Origin: an uncultured Planctomycetaceae bacterium
GTDB taxonomy: Bacteria; Planctomycetota; Phycisphaerae; SM23-33
Reading direction: 5' to 3'
Assembly: GCA_964607575.1 (NCBI GenBank)
Contig: CAZSLS010000008.1
Span: 9,799-73,798, forward strand
DNA length: 64,000 bases
A program made the position numbers and the translations under genes. This document shows positions 63,342 to 64,000 of the stretch, in pieces. The notes beneath the pieces are model-generated. The model ran no database searches. It was not told the DNA's origin and saw only the letters and a list, made by a program, of their open reading frames with translations. The stretch's first letter is position 1; the number at the start of each line of letters is the position of its first letter.

Positions 63342-64000
63342 ATGCGCCGAATACTTGTCATTTTGCTCTTGGTCGCCTGCCTTATCAGCCTTCAGTTATT
63401 GCATAGCGCTGATAAGCCAAGTACTCCGGTTCCGGCCGGTCGGGCGACTTTCCAGGCTCCGGTCGGTCGGGCGACTTTCCAGGATCCGGCCGTTCCGATG
63501 ATCGCGCTGCCGACGCGCTTCAGGTCACGACGCGCGCACAAGGTTGGCGCGCACGGGAATCCTGTTGTCGTAGCCGATCTGAAGGGTCCCGGATGCGTAA
63601 GGCACATGTGGTTTCTCTATGGCCAGAACGTTCGGTTGAACATCACCGTGGACGGCGCCAAAACGCCCCAAGTGGATCTGCCGTTGAAGGCGTTCTTCGG
63701 GATCATGCATGACAAGAACGACTATTTTGTCGACTCGGCGGCCTATACCGTGCTCCCCGGTTACAACTCATACCTTCCGATCCCTTTCCAGAGGTCATGT
63801 CTGATCACGGTCCAGCAAATAGACCGCAAGAAGGGGATCGGAGTGGACGTCATGGTGGATTGGCACGAGTATGACAAAGACACCGTCATCACGCCCTATC
63901 GCCTGCATACGGCCTACAGCATGTACAAACCGGCGCCGCCGCGCGGCGGTTACGTTGAACTGGCCGACGTCGGCGGTGAGGGTTTCGTAGCCGGCGTGGT
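63342..64000 (+). CDS. DUF2961 (GH172-like) family protein, C-terminus cut by window edge
   Basis: My translation from ATG 63342 (AAAGGAG 7 nt upstream) gives MRRILVILLLVACLISLQLLHS ... VVADLKGPGCVRHMWF ... NSYLPIPFQRS. It runs off the window, so it is absent from the ORF track. Confidence 0.55.
   Translation, partial: MRRILVILLLVACLISLQLLHSADKPSTPVPAGRATFQAPVGRATFQDPAVPMIALPTRFRSRRAHKVGAHGNPVVVADLKGPGCVRHMWFLYGQNVRLNITVDGAKTPQVDLPLKAFFGIMHDKNDYFVDSAAYTVLPGYNSYLPIPFQRSCLITVQQIDRKKGIGVDVMVDWHEYDKDTVITPYRLHTAYSMYKPAPPRGGYVELADVGGEGFVAGV
63432..63485 (+). repeat. In-frame tandem duplication, 2 x 27 nt (25/27 identical)
   Basis: ccggccggtcgggcgactttccaggct / ccggtcggtcgggcgactttccaggat encodes PAGRATFQA / PVGRATFQD just after the signal peptide. 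Confidence 0.8.

Overview
High-GC (by eye) chromosomal segment, gene-dense on both strands. It most likely comes from a PVC-superphylum (Planctomycetota-like) bacterium. This placement rests on gene content: many TAT- or Sec-exported oxidoreductases and carbohydrate-active proteins, a sulfatase plus FGE/SUMF1-domain proteins, sialate-O-acetylesterase-like SGNH proteins, a DUF2961-like protein, two PEP-CTERM proteins and stop-rich heptamer repeats after genes. I support about 50 CDS, 2 tRNAs (Glu-CUC, Ser-GCU) each with an intrinsic terminator, a few promoter or operator candidates, and several short repeat or palindrome families. Housekeeping blocks include aroC-like plus gmhB-like genes. There is an LPS-core block (GT9 heptosyltransferase, Kdo/WaaP-type kinase, GT4) followed by plsY, and a feo iron-uptake operon (DtxR-FeoA fusion, feoB, Cys-rich membrane peptide). 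I recognised no transposase, integrase, CRISPR array or known defence gene. The most interesting region is 20.7-34.8 kb, a nine-gene same-strand array. It holds four of the six families that define the chemically unresolved ebo cluster: TatD-like, UbiA-like, DHQS-like sugar phosphate cyclase, and NPP/alkaline-phosphatase-like. The arrangement is split and non-canonical, and it is fused to a translationally coupled TldD/PmbA protease pair, a GT4 glycosyltransferase and two large secreted proteins, one of which is frameshifted. Other notable items are listed in the findings. They include two paralogous HzsA-like (beta-propeller plus two CXXCH) giant proteins, one fused to an FGE domain, and a stand-alone two-CW domain gene behind a near-consensus promoter with a TGTGA-N6-TCACA palindrome. 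They also include a chorismate-synthase homolog lacking the canonical GESHG motif and several recurring intergenic sequence elements. All functional calls come from reading motifs in the supplied translations or my own hand translations. No database search was run.
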